Assembly: GCA_026025795.1 (NCBI GenBank)
Contig: JAPEUG010000009.1
Coordinates: 62,001 to 105,234, forward strand
Reading direction: 5' to 3'
Source of the DNA: Thelocarpon superellum
Taxonomy: Eukaryota
Length of the DNA stretch: 43,234 nucleotides
Part shown: piece after piece, positions 23,957-33,884 of the stretch
How the letters are laid out: every line of letters starts with the position of its first letter
Position numbering within the stretch: position 1 is the first letter of the stretch
Translations under genes and position numbers: made by a program
Notes under the pieces: generated by a model
Told to the model about the DNA's origin: nothing
The model's input: only the letters and a program-made list of their open reading frames with translations
The model's database searches: none

Positions 23957-26590
23957 CTTATCATTGCCAAATAGCTGTGCCTATTCTCCGCCGTCATTGC
24001 ACGGATGGATGACGTACAGGAGCCCTGTTTACCGCGCTTCGCCCATTACAATTTCAGGTAGACGCGAGACAGAAAGCCTGGTGCCACATAAGGAGGGACT
24101 CAGCCTTGGGTGCGGGAGGTACGCGTACTGGAGGCCCTCCGGTACGAGAGCTATCTTATCTGTTAAGCGCCGCAGCCCCCGTACTGCGTTAGGCGAAGCT
24201 TCATCGGAAACACCGCCAGTAATGCTGGCGCCACCGACAGTTTGTGATTCGACCTTCTACTTTTCCTCAGCCCCAACAGCAGCTTGAGCGCCGCGGAGCA
24301 GAGTGACGTGGGTGACTGTTGATGGCAATGCTGTTCCACCTGTCTTCCACACCTGACTATGTGTCCCTGAACACAGAGCCTCATGGCAATCATGGGTTTC
24401 TCCCTCGTGGCCATGCCAAGGCACTGCCTCTTCAACCTTTACCGGTCTCTCGTCCAATACATCTGACACCACTCAACCGTTATGATGTGGTCGTGCCTGA
24501 TGCTGTGCTCTATGGCGATGTCTGAGTCTCCTCCTTGCCGAGTCTCTGCCTGCTGGCCGTGCCACGTCACCGCCTCATCAATCTGGGCACTTTCAATCAC
24601 GCGTGCTTCTTCACGTGCTTTTGATTCCCTTTGGTTCCCAGTCCTGGGTTGACGTGATCCGATGGGAATGACGGAGAGGGAACTGGATGACGATTTTACT
24701 GCCAGCTTACTTATTTCACTACGGCTAATTAGTATAATCTTTTCCCGAATGCGACCATTTCCCACCAAAAAACCTCGATCATTCGCATACCTCTGGTCAT
24801 CTGTCGGATGTACTCCAAATGATACGAGGCCCGGTAATCTTCTGGTATCTAGAGAGCTTCAACACATCAGTTGACGCGATTCGATTTTGGTTATACGTTC
24901 CTGGTTTCGCCCAACGTCGCTGCTTTAGCCAACCTCTCCGCTTCCAAATTTGCCAACATCCGAGCAGCGTCAGGGTGAACTGGATTTGACGTCCAGCGAT
25001 TTGAGGTGCCCCACGAAGAAAGATCCCTAACGATGGAGCAGTGCGAATCAGCATCTTCCCAAACATTGACGGACCGTAAAGTTGGGGTAATTATTGGCCT
25101 CTTGCCCATTAGCTCTACTTAGTGAAAGGGATCAGCCTACAGTGTTGAAGAGTCTCTGCCACGAGTAAAGGAGCGGGATTCCACTGCCCTTGCCAAGCGC
25201 CGTTCGTTTGTGACAGCACAAGTAACTCAATCGCCTCGAGAAGGGTGCTGTTCGCCCCCATGGCAAGATTCTCTCGCTGGGCCAATGTCGGCGATATCGC
25301 GCTCGGTGTTAGCAAAGCCAAGGTACATCCGCGTCCGGTGATATTTGCTGTATGTAAGGCGTAAGCGGCCGCTCCAGCCTGCTCCAAACAGGGCCTTGGA
25401 TGTCATCGCACGTATGATATCCGACGTGGCCATGGAGTTCTCTCGGTCCTGGGAACCCCCTACCGAGGCCATCACCCGGTTGAGCTTGACATCGGAGATC
25501 GGGATGACGCCGTGCGGGATGTCTTTCAAGGAAAATCGGCGAATTTGGCCTCGGTCGAGACTTGCAAGATGAGAGGTAGAAGCGCTGGCCTCGGCGTTTT
25601 GTCCGCAGTGGCTGTGGATGATGATCCTGAGACGGGTTCTAGAGGCGCCGGCCCCAGGTCAGTTTCAGTGGTGGCCGTGCTCGGTGGTTTGGGGCTGATG
25701 TGAGAAGGAGAGGCTGCAATAGCCAGCGGTGACGTTTTTGCTCTGCTGAAGTCGATTTGAAGGAGCAGTGGTGGGGGAAGTGGGACAGAAAAGGAGGCTA
25801 AAGCAATTTGTTCGTATTACTACTGGTGGATAGCTCACGGGGAGATCCCCCAACATGCGCGTGTAGATATCGTACTGTGGAGGCTCTATACAGGAGCTTG
25901 AGGCTTCTGAGTAAGCTGCCTCACATGACCCACAATAGCTGTATATTAGAACAACAGATAGCTTCTGTAGAATAGACAACCCATCTCCAGTGGAACAACC
26001 GGGGTGCGTCAGTACGCGCTTTCCGTCGACTCGCCCCGCACTTGGCTCGTTACTGTTACGGCGCCCTGTGCAGCCGTGGAAGTAAAGGTACGGCACATTT
26101 GACCTCGGCTAATCCAACAACCGCACCGAAACGTTTTCAGCCCCTTGGAACCACAGTCCACCCCGGGTATGAGACCGACGTGGAGAGGACTCGCACCACC
26201 CTGGTCGAGCGTTGTTAGATAGGGGCAGGTGTAGGAGGCCTATTCCAGGGTGCATAGTAGGAAGGGCAGCGGGCTGGAACTCGTGTGACTGGACACTAGA
26301 CCAGCAGAAACTCATCGTTGGGTGGTTCGATTCATTAGCACTTTGGTTCACGAGTAGACGTAAGAAGGGAAAGGCCCGTGACGCGGGGACGCGCCTCTGC
26401 TTGTACAATAAGAAATCAGACCTAATCGTCGGGGCGTCGGGTGATCTGCCATCTCCTAGTTACCAGTTGCAGCGTCTTTCGTTGTCATGTGGTGAAGTGA
26501 TATGAAATGGCATAGGCCAGGGTTCACGGCCATGAAGACGTCACTGCGGGGAAATCCTGCTTCGGACGAGATTCGATTGGTTATGATATC

Positions 26591-28303
26591 ATGTCTGCGG
26601 ACCTGTTCGCTGCCTTTGGCCTTCCGGGCTCTACCGGAAGAGAGGTGCAGGAGGAAAAGCAGGCGTCGACAGTACCCGCATCAGCTTCACTGCCTGACCA
26701 GAGTGTAGGAGCACGCGTGGGGGTGGGCGTGGTCGGCGAGGAAGACGAGGAAGACGGATGGGGAGATTTCCAGGCCGCGCAAGACCAAGCACACGATCCC
26801 ATCGACCATGCAGCCGACATCAGGACAACGGGAGCAGATGACGATCTTTTTGGACTCTCCACAGTACATGTCACCTCGGCACCGGTTCATGATGTGGGCG
26901 AAAGCGGCGGGACGTCTAGATATACCGCCCCGCATCCCGAGCCCGTCACGTTTGTGGAGCAGGTGTCGCAAGGGGTCGAAGTTCTCTTTGACGCCACCGA
27001 TGCCAAAGACGAGGAAGTTGATGACGCCCACGACGACTATGGTGATTTTGAGAGCGGATCACCCGCCAAGGCGCAGACGCAGACCGTGATCTTACCACCG
27101 GCACCGCTACCGGCACCGACGTCGGCCTCCGTGGATTTACTCGGCATCACTCCCGTGTCCTCACCCTACCCACAGCCGCCAAAATCGCCGTCATTTCGTG
27201 AACGAAATCCATTCGGAGATCTATCCGTGGCGACGAAAGCCGACACGCCCACCAAGACCCAAAGACCAAACGATGGCGGCGACTCCGCCACGCCCGTCAC
27301 AGCCTGGCCCAGCTTCCCCTCAGCCAAACCGGACGCGGCGCAAGAGGAATGGACCGACTTCCTTGACTCGCCCTTTAGCGTTACTCCTGGCGGCAGCGGC
27401 GTCAGGTCATCTGCGGCCTCGGAATGGACGCAGTCCGTACCCACGGGTACGGATATGCCCCTGAGATTGCCATCGAGACGAGGAACGCCAGCCCTGCCGA
27501 ATCGTCCCCGACCCGTCCGACGGTCGGAGAGCCGACCGTCAGCGGCACAACGGCCATCCGCGCTCTCCATCCCATTGACGACCGATGCGGCCGTGTGCAG
27601 ACCAAGCAATATCCCTCCGCCCTCCATCCTGCTCCTCTTATTCCCGCCGTTATTTAAAAGACCTCTAAGCACTGCCGTTGCTAGCATCAAGGCAGTGTCG
27701 GCATCATCTCTGCCATCCCAGTGTGCACCCACATCCTGCGCACTGGATCTTGATGGGCACGTCCTAGCAGGCACAACGGCCGCGCGGATAATCGCGGGAC
27801 GCAAGCACCGATGGAAGCGAGACCCGATCCTGGCGCAAGCGACGAAGATTGGCCCTGCGGCCTCCTCGAGCGGTGGACGCGGCGCCGGGATGAAGCTCAC
27901 GAGCGTCGACAAGGCCGAGACGGCACGCGAAGAGCGCGAGGTGGCCGAGGTGGTGGCGGCGTGGAAATTGCACGTTGGCCGCTTGCGCTCTGCCCTTGCC
28001 TCAGCCAGCACGGCCATCAGCACGGGCAGCAACGGCCTCTCCCCGTCCAACCGTACAAAGACAGCACAAGCCCTACCGGATCTCCAGGCGACGATACCCA
28101 TTACAGTAGCGACGGTAGGTAGCGGCGGCGGCATCTCTGCCGCCCACGCGTGCGCCCTGTGCGGCCTGAAGCGCGACGAGCGCGTCGCCAAAGTGGACCA
28201 TGCCGTCGAGGATTCGTTGGGCGAGTGGTGGGCGGATTACTGGGGCCATGTGGCGTGTCGTGCTTTTTGGGAGAGGTGGAGAGGGGAGCTGCCCCAGCGA
28301 TGA
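26591..28303 (+). CDS. Hypothetical protein (570 aa), largely disordered, with [W/Y]GDF, NPF and DLL short motifs and a C-terminal CxxC...HxxC putative Zn finger
   Basis: Long single-exon ORF with coding-like composition. MSADLFAAFG start; IIAGRKHRWKRD; CALCGLKRDERV...EWWADYWGHVACRAFW. Confidence 0.85.
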   Translation: MSADLFAAFGLPGSTGREVQEEKQASTVPASASLPDQSVGARVGVGVVGEEDEEDGWGDFQAAQDQAHDPIDHAADIRTTGADDDLFGLSTVHVTSAPVHDVGESGGTSRYTAPHPEPVTFVEQVSQGVEVLFDATDAKDEEVDDAHDDYGDFESGSPAKAQTQTVILPPAPLPAPTSASVDLLGITPVSSPYPQPPKSPSFRERNPFGDLSVATKADTPTKTQRPNDGGDSATPVTAWPSFPSAKPDAAQEEWTDFLDSPFSVTPGGSGVRSSAASEWTQSVPTGTDMPLRLPSRRGTPALPNRPRPVRRSESRPSAAQRPSALSIPLTTDAAVCRPSNIPPPSILLLLFPPLFKRPLSTAVASIKAVSASSLPSQCAPTSCALDLDGHVLAGTTAARIIAGRKHRWKRDPILAQATKIGPAASSSGGRGAGMKLTSVDKAETAREEREVAEVVAAWKLHVGRLRSALASASTAISTGSNGLSPSNRTKTAQALPDLQATIPITVATVGSGGGISAAHACALCGLKRDERVAKVDHAVEDSLGEWWADYWGHVACRAFWERWRGELPQR

Positions 28304-29994
28304 TGGGACCACGTCTAGGGAGTCCCGACCCGTTTACTCGTAGCTCGGTAGCGTTGAACACCACCTGGCCCCGTCGGACTGAGCGAGGGAGGGGGATGGG
28401 AGGAAGGTGGGAATGGGGTTTATTCGTCGTTGTAGGCCATAGCCAGCCGCGTAGGCCAGCGATGTTGGAATGGACAGGAGAGCGCGCAGGAGAGCGTATC
28501 TCCGCTCTGAACGGATCGGCCGTTTTATACTAACAGAAGGAGTATATTATCGACTTTGGAGAGGTCGGGATCACCTCAAGGACCGTCTGTGCCTCTCTAA
28601 GCCTCTAGACGTATCGGCTCACTAACTAAGATACTGACATACCACTATGCTAGTGTAGTGGCTGGCAGCTTGACCGTAACGTTACAAGGCCGACTGGAAG
28701 GCAGAATCGACCGACGACCGATGAGTCACGGAAGGACCTGTACCTGTACCGACATACTGGAAGGTCGGCTAGGAATCCAGAAAGGCCATCGGAGCAAGAC
28801 GAATGTGAGCGGCGACGACGACGACAATGACGCCTTCGACTCAAGATGGAAACGTAGCTCGTGACATAGCATACGCTTACGCTGATCGGTAACATTTCGA
28901 AAGGTCAAGGGGGTGGGATCGGAAAAAGCACGCACCACGCAATGCAAAACGCCCAGCTACATACCACCAACGCTGCTTGGTAAAATAAGGTGGCGTTTAT
29001 GTTGCGCGCCATAGTATGTTATTTATTCTACTGTACGGATCAGACCTGAAAACTAACATCTACTCGTACCTGAGATGATACATGGGCTTGCACGTGACTA
29101 AATAACGTGCGCGCCCTGACGCTAATAACTGCGTTTAAGGTCCAGCACGTCGCACGAGGCGCCGCTCAGCGATGATGTGTCGATCCTTACACGCGGCTCA
29201 AGCCACACACCACGGTCTGTTTTTATCAACGCGGTTTTTGCGTACCAAGTTGCAAGGCGGTTGATTCGTCAGCTTCTTCAAGAGCGGGGCTGCCACTAGT
29301 GTCCTCATGCTGCTCCTTGGCTCCCAATGGTGCAGTTGAGGATGTTTCCAGCGCCTACATGCGCATAGCTGCTCGATCACGCGTCTTTGCATATCGTAGG
29401 ATGGATGTTAACATGACCAATTCCATGCCTTGAGTCAGATATTGTCGCTGCTCAAAGTGAGTCACTTGACAAACGTATTAATACCCTGACCAACAAACGA
29501 GTAGTGGTCGTTCAATAACGCGACGAGTCGGTGCGCATCTGCCTGCTGTAACTGCAGGAACCGCATGATCTGTGAGTAACCAGCGATTACCGTACAACTA
29601 ATTGCATGATGTTGTTCAATTCGCAGCTGCTCTCACAGCTGCACTATATCTATTTGTAGAGATGCGAGAGCTTGCACGATAGCATCAACGCATTTCCGAT
29701 TCTAGCATATCGAAGGATTGCCATCGACAGGACAAGTTTTGCGGGATTTTCTTGCAATTTCTCGCATCATTGAGCCTGGCTGGCCGTCATGGCAATAGGG
29801 CGCCATGCTTGGTTGCCGTGTGTCAAGCTGAGGTGACGGAGCGGCAGACTCGAGCTACATAAAGCGTCGTCTACAGCCCATCCCCTTCCTCTGGTCCCAC
29901 AACAAGGGTTGAGTCCGCCTGATAGCTTGGTATCTTGCCTCCCAGTTCCCATCCACCTCTTGTCTAGGTCCTGACCAGCTATTCCACGGCAGCG

Positions 29995-30402
29995 ATGACT
30001 CGTCTCGCTATCGCGCTGGCCTTGTGGCTCGGTGCCATTCAGATCAACGCAACTCCCCAGGTCAACGTGGGAGCGCAAACCTTGAAGTAAAGTCTCGGAT
30101 CGCTCGAGTTTTAGACTCATGGGCTGTGGCTGATGATATTCTTTAGTGACGTGGTAAAAGGACGTGCGCCTCGTTACGAGCAGGTCTTCCTGATAAGTCG
30201 GGCTGAAGGCCAAAGTAAAGGGCTGCAGCTAACCACACTACCCAGTAGTGATATTATTGGATCACACTGCAGTCCCCAAGACCAAGGAAATTATCAGTGT
30301 TGTTCGAACTTGATGTTTGTCTCCTGCCAAAATGGATGGTGGACATCTGGTGATCGTCAATACAACGATTGGTGTGTGGCTGCTGGGGACGCTGGGACCT
30401 GA
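29995..30402 (+). CDS. Small secreted cysteine-rich protein (~115 aa), exons 29995-30086 and 30147-30402; possibly decaying
   Basis: ATG 29995 gives the signal peptide MTRLAIALALWLGAIQINA-TP. Intron 30087-30146 (GTAAAG..GCTGAT..TAG) joins in frame to the Cys-rich ORF ending HCSPQDQGNYQCCSNLMFVSCQNGWWTSGDRQYNDWCVAAGDAGT. Confidence 0.6.
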
Positions 30403-30959
30403 CCAAGCAGGAAATGGGATGCGATCACGTCGGCCCACTGGGTCGTTCTGAGTTAGCCATACTGGTGTAAGATAGCTAGTAACAGACCTTGGGTATATGA
30501 TGACTACGACTAGTAGTCATAGTAGTTATCATATACCCAAGGTCGCTCGTCACCCTCGTCCTTCTCGTATGGTGATCTTCGCAAGCCGACCGGAATCTCC
30601 ATCACGGCAGCACGTAGTATGGTGCAGTCTCTCAGGCTCACCGCTCTCCCTGCTTGTGTCAGGACAAGTCCAGCAATCTGGTTGGGCCTGTCACATGCCA
30701 ACCAGCGTCACTGGGCAATCATTCGTTTAGCTTGTGTCCCTTGCAATGGGACGGGCCATACTACTGTACGAGTACCGGACGAATGAGGTCTGGGGGCGGT
30801 TCATTTCTCCGTACCCGGCTGCAATGGCGTATCTGTGCCTGGGGCTCCCTATCTTGCACGTAATATTGGAAGGGAAAGTTCCAACTTCTCTGTAGGCATG
30901 AAGGGACCGCCTCCGTGCGCGGACCAATGGCGCCGAGGCGGGTCCCAGCGACCGGAGAG

Positions 30960-31225
30960 TCGTCTACGTCAGTCGGGCCTAACTCCCGGCGATCAAGCCT
31001 GGCCAGTTGTGGCGGGTCGTGTGGCTGGACCGCCCACCTATGTTGCCCTTACGCACTTTTGGTCTGACGGGATTCTCTTTTGGCCATCCATCGTCGGGAT
31101 TTGACCCACACCAGGATGGGTACGGGTACCCCAGTACAGTCGCTCTTGATGGCCCGCTAGATCTCTCACACGCTCTCCTGTCCCTTCTCCCCATTGCGCA
31201 CTGGTCCCTGGCGACGGCATCTTGA
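30960..31225 (+). pseudogene. Possible degenerate HET-domain (PF06985-type) gene fragment
   Basis: YVALTHFWSDG at 31039-31071 resembles the HET start motif YVAISHVWSDG. A second frame downstream gives STVALDGPL (cf. VLVLD..L). Broken by stops and frameshifts. Confidence 0.35.
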
Positions 31226-31302
31226 CGTGATGCACGTCGCGTCGTCATCTTCTGCATCGTGATTGACCCTGTTTCGCAATCCCATTTCGCGGGTGGCCTG
31301 CC

Positions 31303-33525
31303 ATGGCACACGACGCGACCAAGGCCCAGAGCATCTCGGCGCTCCATTACTCCAAGCAGGCCGATCGACTGTCCGGCCACAGTCGCGATGCTGACGAGGT
31401 CGGCTCCACCACGGCCGTCGAGGCCAGGTTCGTGACGCCGCATGACCCGGTCATTGAGACGGCGGATGGCGGCCGACTGCCCTCGGTGCCCTTGGGCGAG
31501 GCTCAGAAGCTCAATCGACTGAAGAACGCCGCCGAGGGCAAAGACGTGCGCGGTCAGGAGCGGCAGATGGCGGCGTCGGAAGAGCCTCTGGTGCCCGCAG
31601 CGGCAGAGGACAGCGAGAGCCTGGATCCATCCCTTGAGCCCTCGGCCACCCTGCGCACCGTCGCACCTCCCTCGCGCACCAACCCGCTCTTCCCTCCCTT
31701 ACCTCTCTACGGCCCTCCATCATGGCTGCGCAACGTCCAATGCACCGGGTTTCGCGTCTCGTCCTTCTTTCTGTCCCTCACCTTCCTCGGCGTCATCGTC
31801 CTCGGCGCCGCTTTTACGAGTCTTCCTCTGATGGGCCAACACATCGGCATCCGCCTCCAAGGCCGTGATCCGAACGCCCGCCGGCCCTTCTATGAGGAGG
31901 AAGCACGGCGGAAGGCGGCCCGTCACGCGGCCGACAAGGCGTGGAAGCGCCAGACCCGGCGCCGCAACAGTGGGACGCGGCCCAGCGAGGCCCGGCTCGG
32001 CGACGACAGCGAGGAAGAGGTTGGCAAAGACGACGGGTTCGTACCGACGGAGGGCGGGAAGGATCCCATCATCTGCGACGTCGGCTACTACGCCCGACGC
32101 GTGGGGCTCGACGTCGAAGAGTACCGGGTGCAGACCGAGGATGGATTCATCCTCCAGCTCTGGCACGTCTACGATCCGCGCGAATACCGAGCTCGGAGTG
32201 CCGAGCATCGCGATCACCGGGGACCCCACCTGTTTCACGATGCCTCCGGCGAGCAGGCCACGCCCGCTCCCGGCGCGGATCTCAGCCCACTCAGCTCGCC
32301 GACGCCTACCCCGCCCTCAAAGCCGGCGCGGAAGCCCAGGTACCCGGTGTTGCTCATCCACGGCCTCTTACAGAGCGCCGGAGCCTACTGTACCAATGAT
32401 GACCAGAGCCTGGCCTTCTTTCTCTGCAAGAGCGGGTATGATGTGTGGCTGGGCAACAACCGCTGTGGCTTCGCGCCCGAGCACACCTTGCTCAAGTACT
32501 CGGATCCTCGCATGTGGGCATGGAACATCCGGCAGATGGGTGTGCTGGATCTGCCGGCGCTGATGTCGCGCGTGCTGGCGGAAACGGGCTTCGCCAAGCT
32601 GGGCCTGGTCTGCCACTCCCAAGGCACCACCGAGACCTTTGTCGCGCTCGCCAAGGGCCAGCGACCCGATCTGGGCCAGCAAATCAGCGTCTTCTGCGCT
32701 CTGGCCCCGGCGGTCTATGCCGGACCGCTGATCGGCAAGGCGTACTTCAAGTTCATGCGGGTCATCTCGCCCGGCTTCTTTCGCATCATCTTCGGCATCC
32801 ACGCCTTCATCCCCTTTATGATGGCCATGCACCGGCTGCTCCCCGGCCGGCTCTACGGGGCGCTGGGCTACCGCGTCTTTTCCTTCCTCTTCAATTGGAC
32901 CGACGATCGATGGGAGCAAGACCTGCGCGATCGGATGTTTCAATTCGCACCCGTGTACGTGAGCGCGGAGAGCATGCGCTGGTGGCTGGGCCGCGAATGT
33001 TTCGCCAAGCACAAGTGCATCCTCGCCACCAAGGAGGAGGCGCGGCAAGAAGACGAGGAAGACGCGGCCGATGGCCACGCGGACGATGAGGACGAAGACG
33101 ATCGGGACGTATCCCCGGATGCAATGCTGCCGACGAAGGGAAGTGGCGAGGGCGGGCCGGCGCCAACCCGCCTGCCTTCGTCCGAGGCGCGGGGAGCGCG
33201 GGCCTGGTATGACGAGCGAGCGCCTCCCTTCGCCCTCTGGGTGGCTGGCAATGACGCGCTGGTGGACGGCCGGCGCTTGCTGCGCCGCTTCGAGAAAGGG
33301 CGAGAGCCTCACGTGCAAGTCGTGCACGCCAAGGTCATCGAGGAGTATGAGCATCTCGACGTGCTCTGGGCCATGGATGCCATTGAGCAAGTCGGCAAAG
33401 AGGTGCGGGAGGTGCTTTGGAAGACCATCCCGCCCGAGCTGGTCGACGTGTGCCGCGTCCCGCGAGGCTGTGGCACTCTGGAGCGGGTGGTGACCCGTGA
33501 CAGCAGCGACGCATCCCCGCGGTAA
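31303..33525 (+). CDS. AB-hydrolase lipase / steryl ester hydrolase (Yeh1/Yeh2/Tgl1-like)
   Basis: VQTEDGFILQLWH, PVLLIHGLLQS, GYDVWLGNNRCG, nucleophile elbow CHSQG, candidate catalytic Asp (GNDALVD) and His (YEHLDVLW); N-terminal TM anchor. Single 740-aa ORF. Confidence 0.92.
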   Translation: MAHDATKAQSISALHYSKQADRLSGHSRDADEVGSTTAVEARFVTPHDPVIETADGGRLPSVPLGEAQKLNRLKNAAEGKDVRGQERQMAASEEPLVPAAAEDSESLDPSLEPSATLRTVAPPSRTNPLFPPLPLYGPPSWLRNVQCTGFRVSSFFLSLTFLGVIVLGAAFTSLPLMGQHIGIRLQGRDPNARRPFYEEEARRKAARHAADKAWKRQTRRRNSGTRPSEARLGDDSEEEVGKDDGFVPTEGGKDPIICDVGYYARRVGLDVEEYRVQTEDGFILQLWHVYDPREYRARSAEHRDHRGPHLFHDASGEQATPAPGADLSPLSSPTPTPPSKPARKPRYPVLLIHGLLQSAGAYCTNDDQSLAFFLCKSGYDVWLGNNRCGFAPEHTLLKYSDPRMWAWNIRQMGVLDLPALMSRVLAETGFAKLGLVCHSQGTTETFVALAKGQRPDLGQQISVFCALAPAVYAGPLIGKAYFKFMRVISPGFFRIIFGIHAFIPFMMAMHRLLPGRLYGALGYRVFSFLFNWTDDRWEQDLRDRMFQFAPVYVSAESMRWWLGRECFAKHKCILATKEEARQEDEEDAADGHADDEDEDDRDVSPDAMLPTKGSGEGGPAPTRLPSSEARGARAWYDERAPPFALWVAGNDALVDGRRLLRRFEKGREPHVQVVHAKVIEEYEHLDVLWAMDAIEQVGKEVREVLWKTIPPELVDVCRVPRGCGTLERVVTRDSSDASPR

Positions 33526-33718
33526 GCGCATGTAAGCGCATGCATCACCTCCGCTCGGTCGTGCGTCTTCGGGCCCAGGTAGGCATCAGCGACGGCGTTG
33601 TTTGGGCCTGAAGCATTGGCTAGGCGACTCCGTGATTGGCAATAGACGCAAAACTCTTAGAGAACGGTACCTTAAGACGCGACCTGGACGCTGCGTGGTG
33701 AAGTAGAGTTGGTTGGAT

Positions 33719-33731
33719 GCCAAGGGCCAAG
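33719..33731 (+). promoter_or_regulatory. Two tandem GCCAAG motifs (PacC/Rim101 consensus GCCARG) ~160 bp upstream of palC
   Basis: GCCAAG-G-GCCAAG at 33719-33724 and 33726-33731. Function is inferred only. Confidence 0.4.
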
Positions 33732-33884
33732 GACGGATCAAGGCAGAGGGTGGGGGATGGGGGTTGGGGTTGGGACTGGGGGGGTTCGGGGTCCATCATC
33801 GTATTGGCTGGCAAAAACAGTGGCGAGGAGGCGAGGAGGGGTAGCAACACCGCGCCTCGTCCCCTACCCCAATCCGTCTTGACC

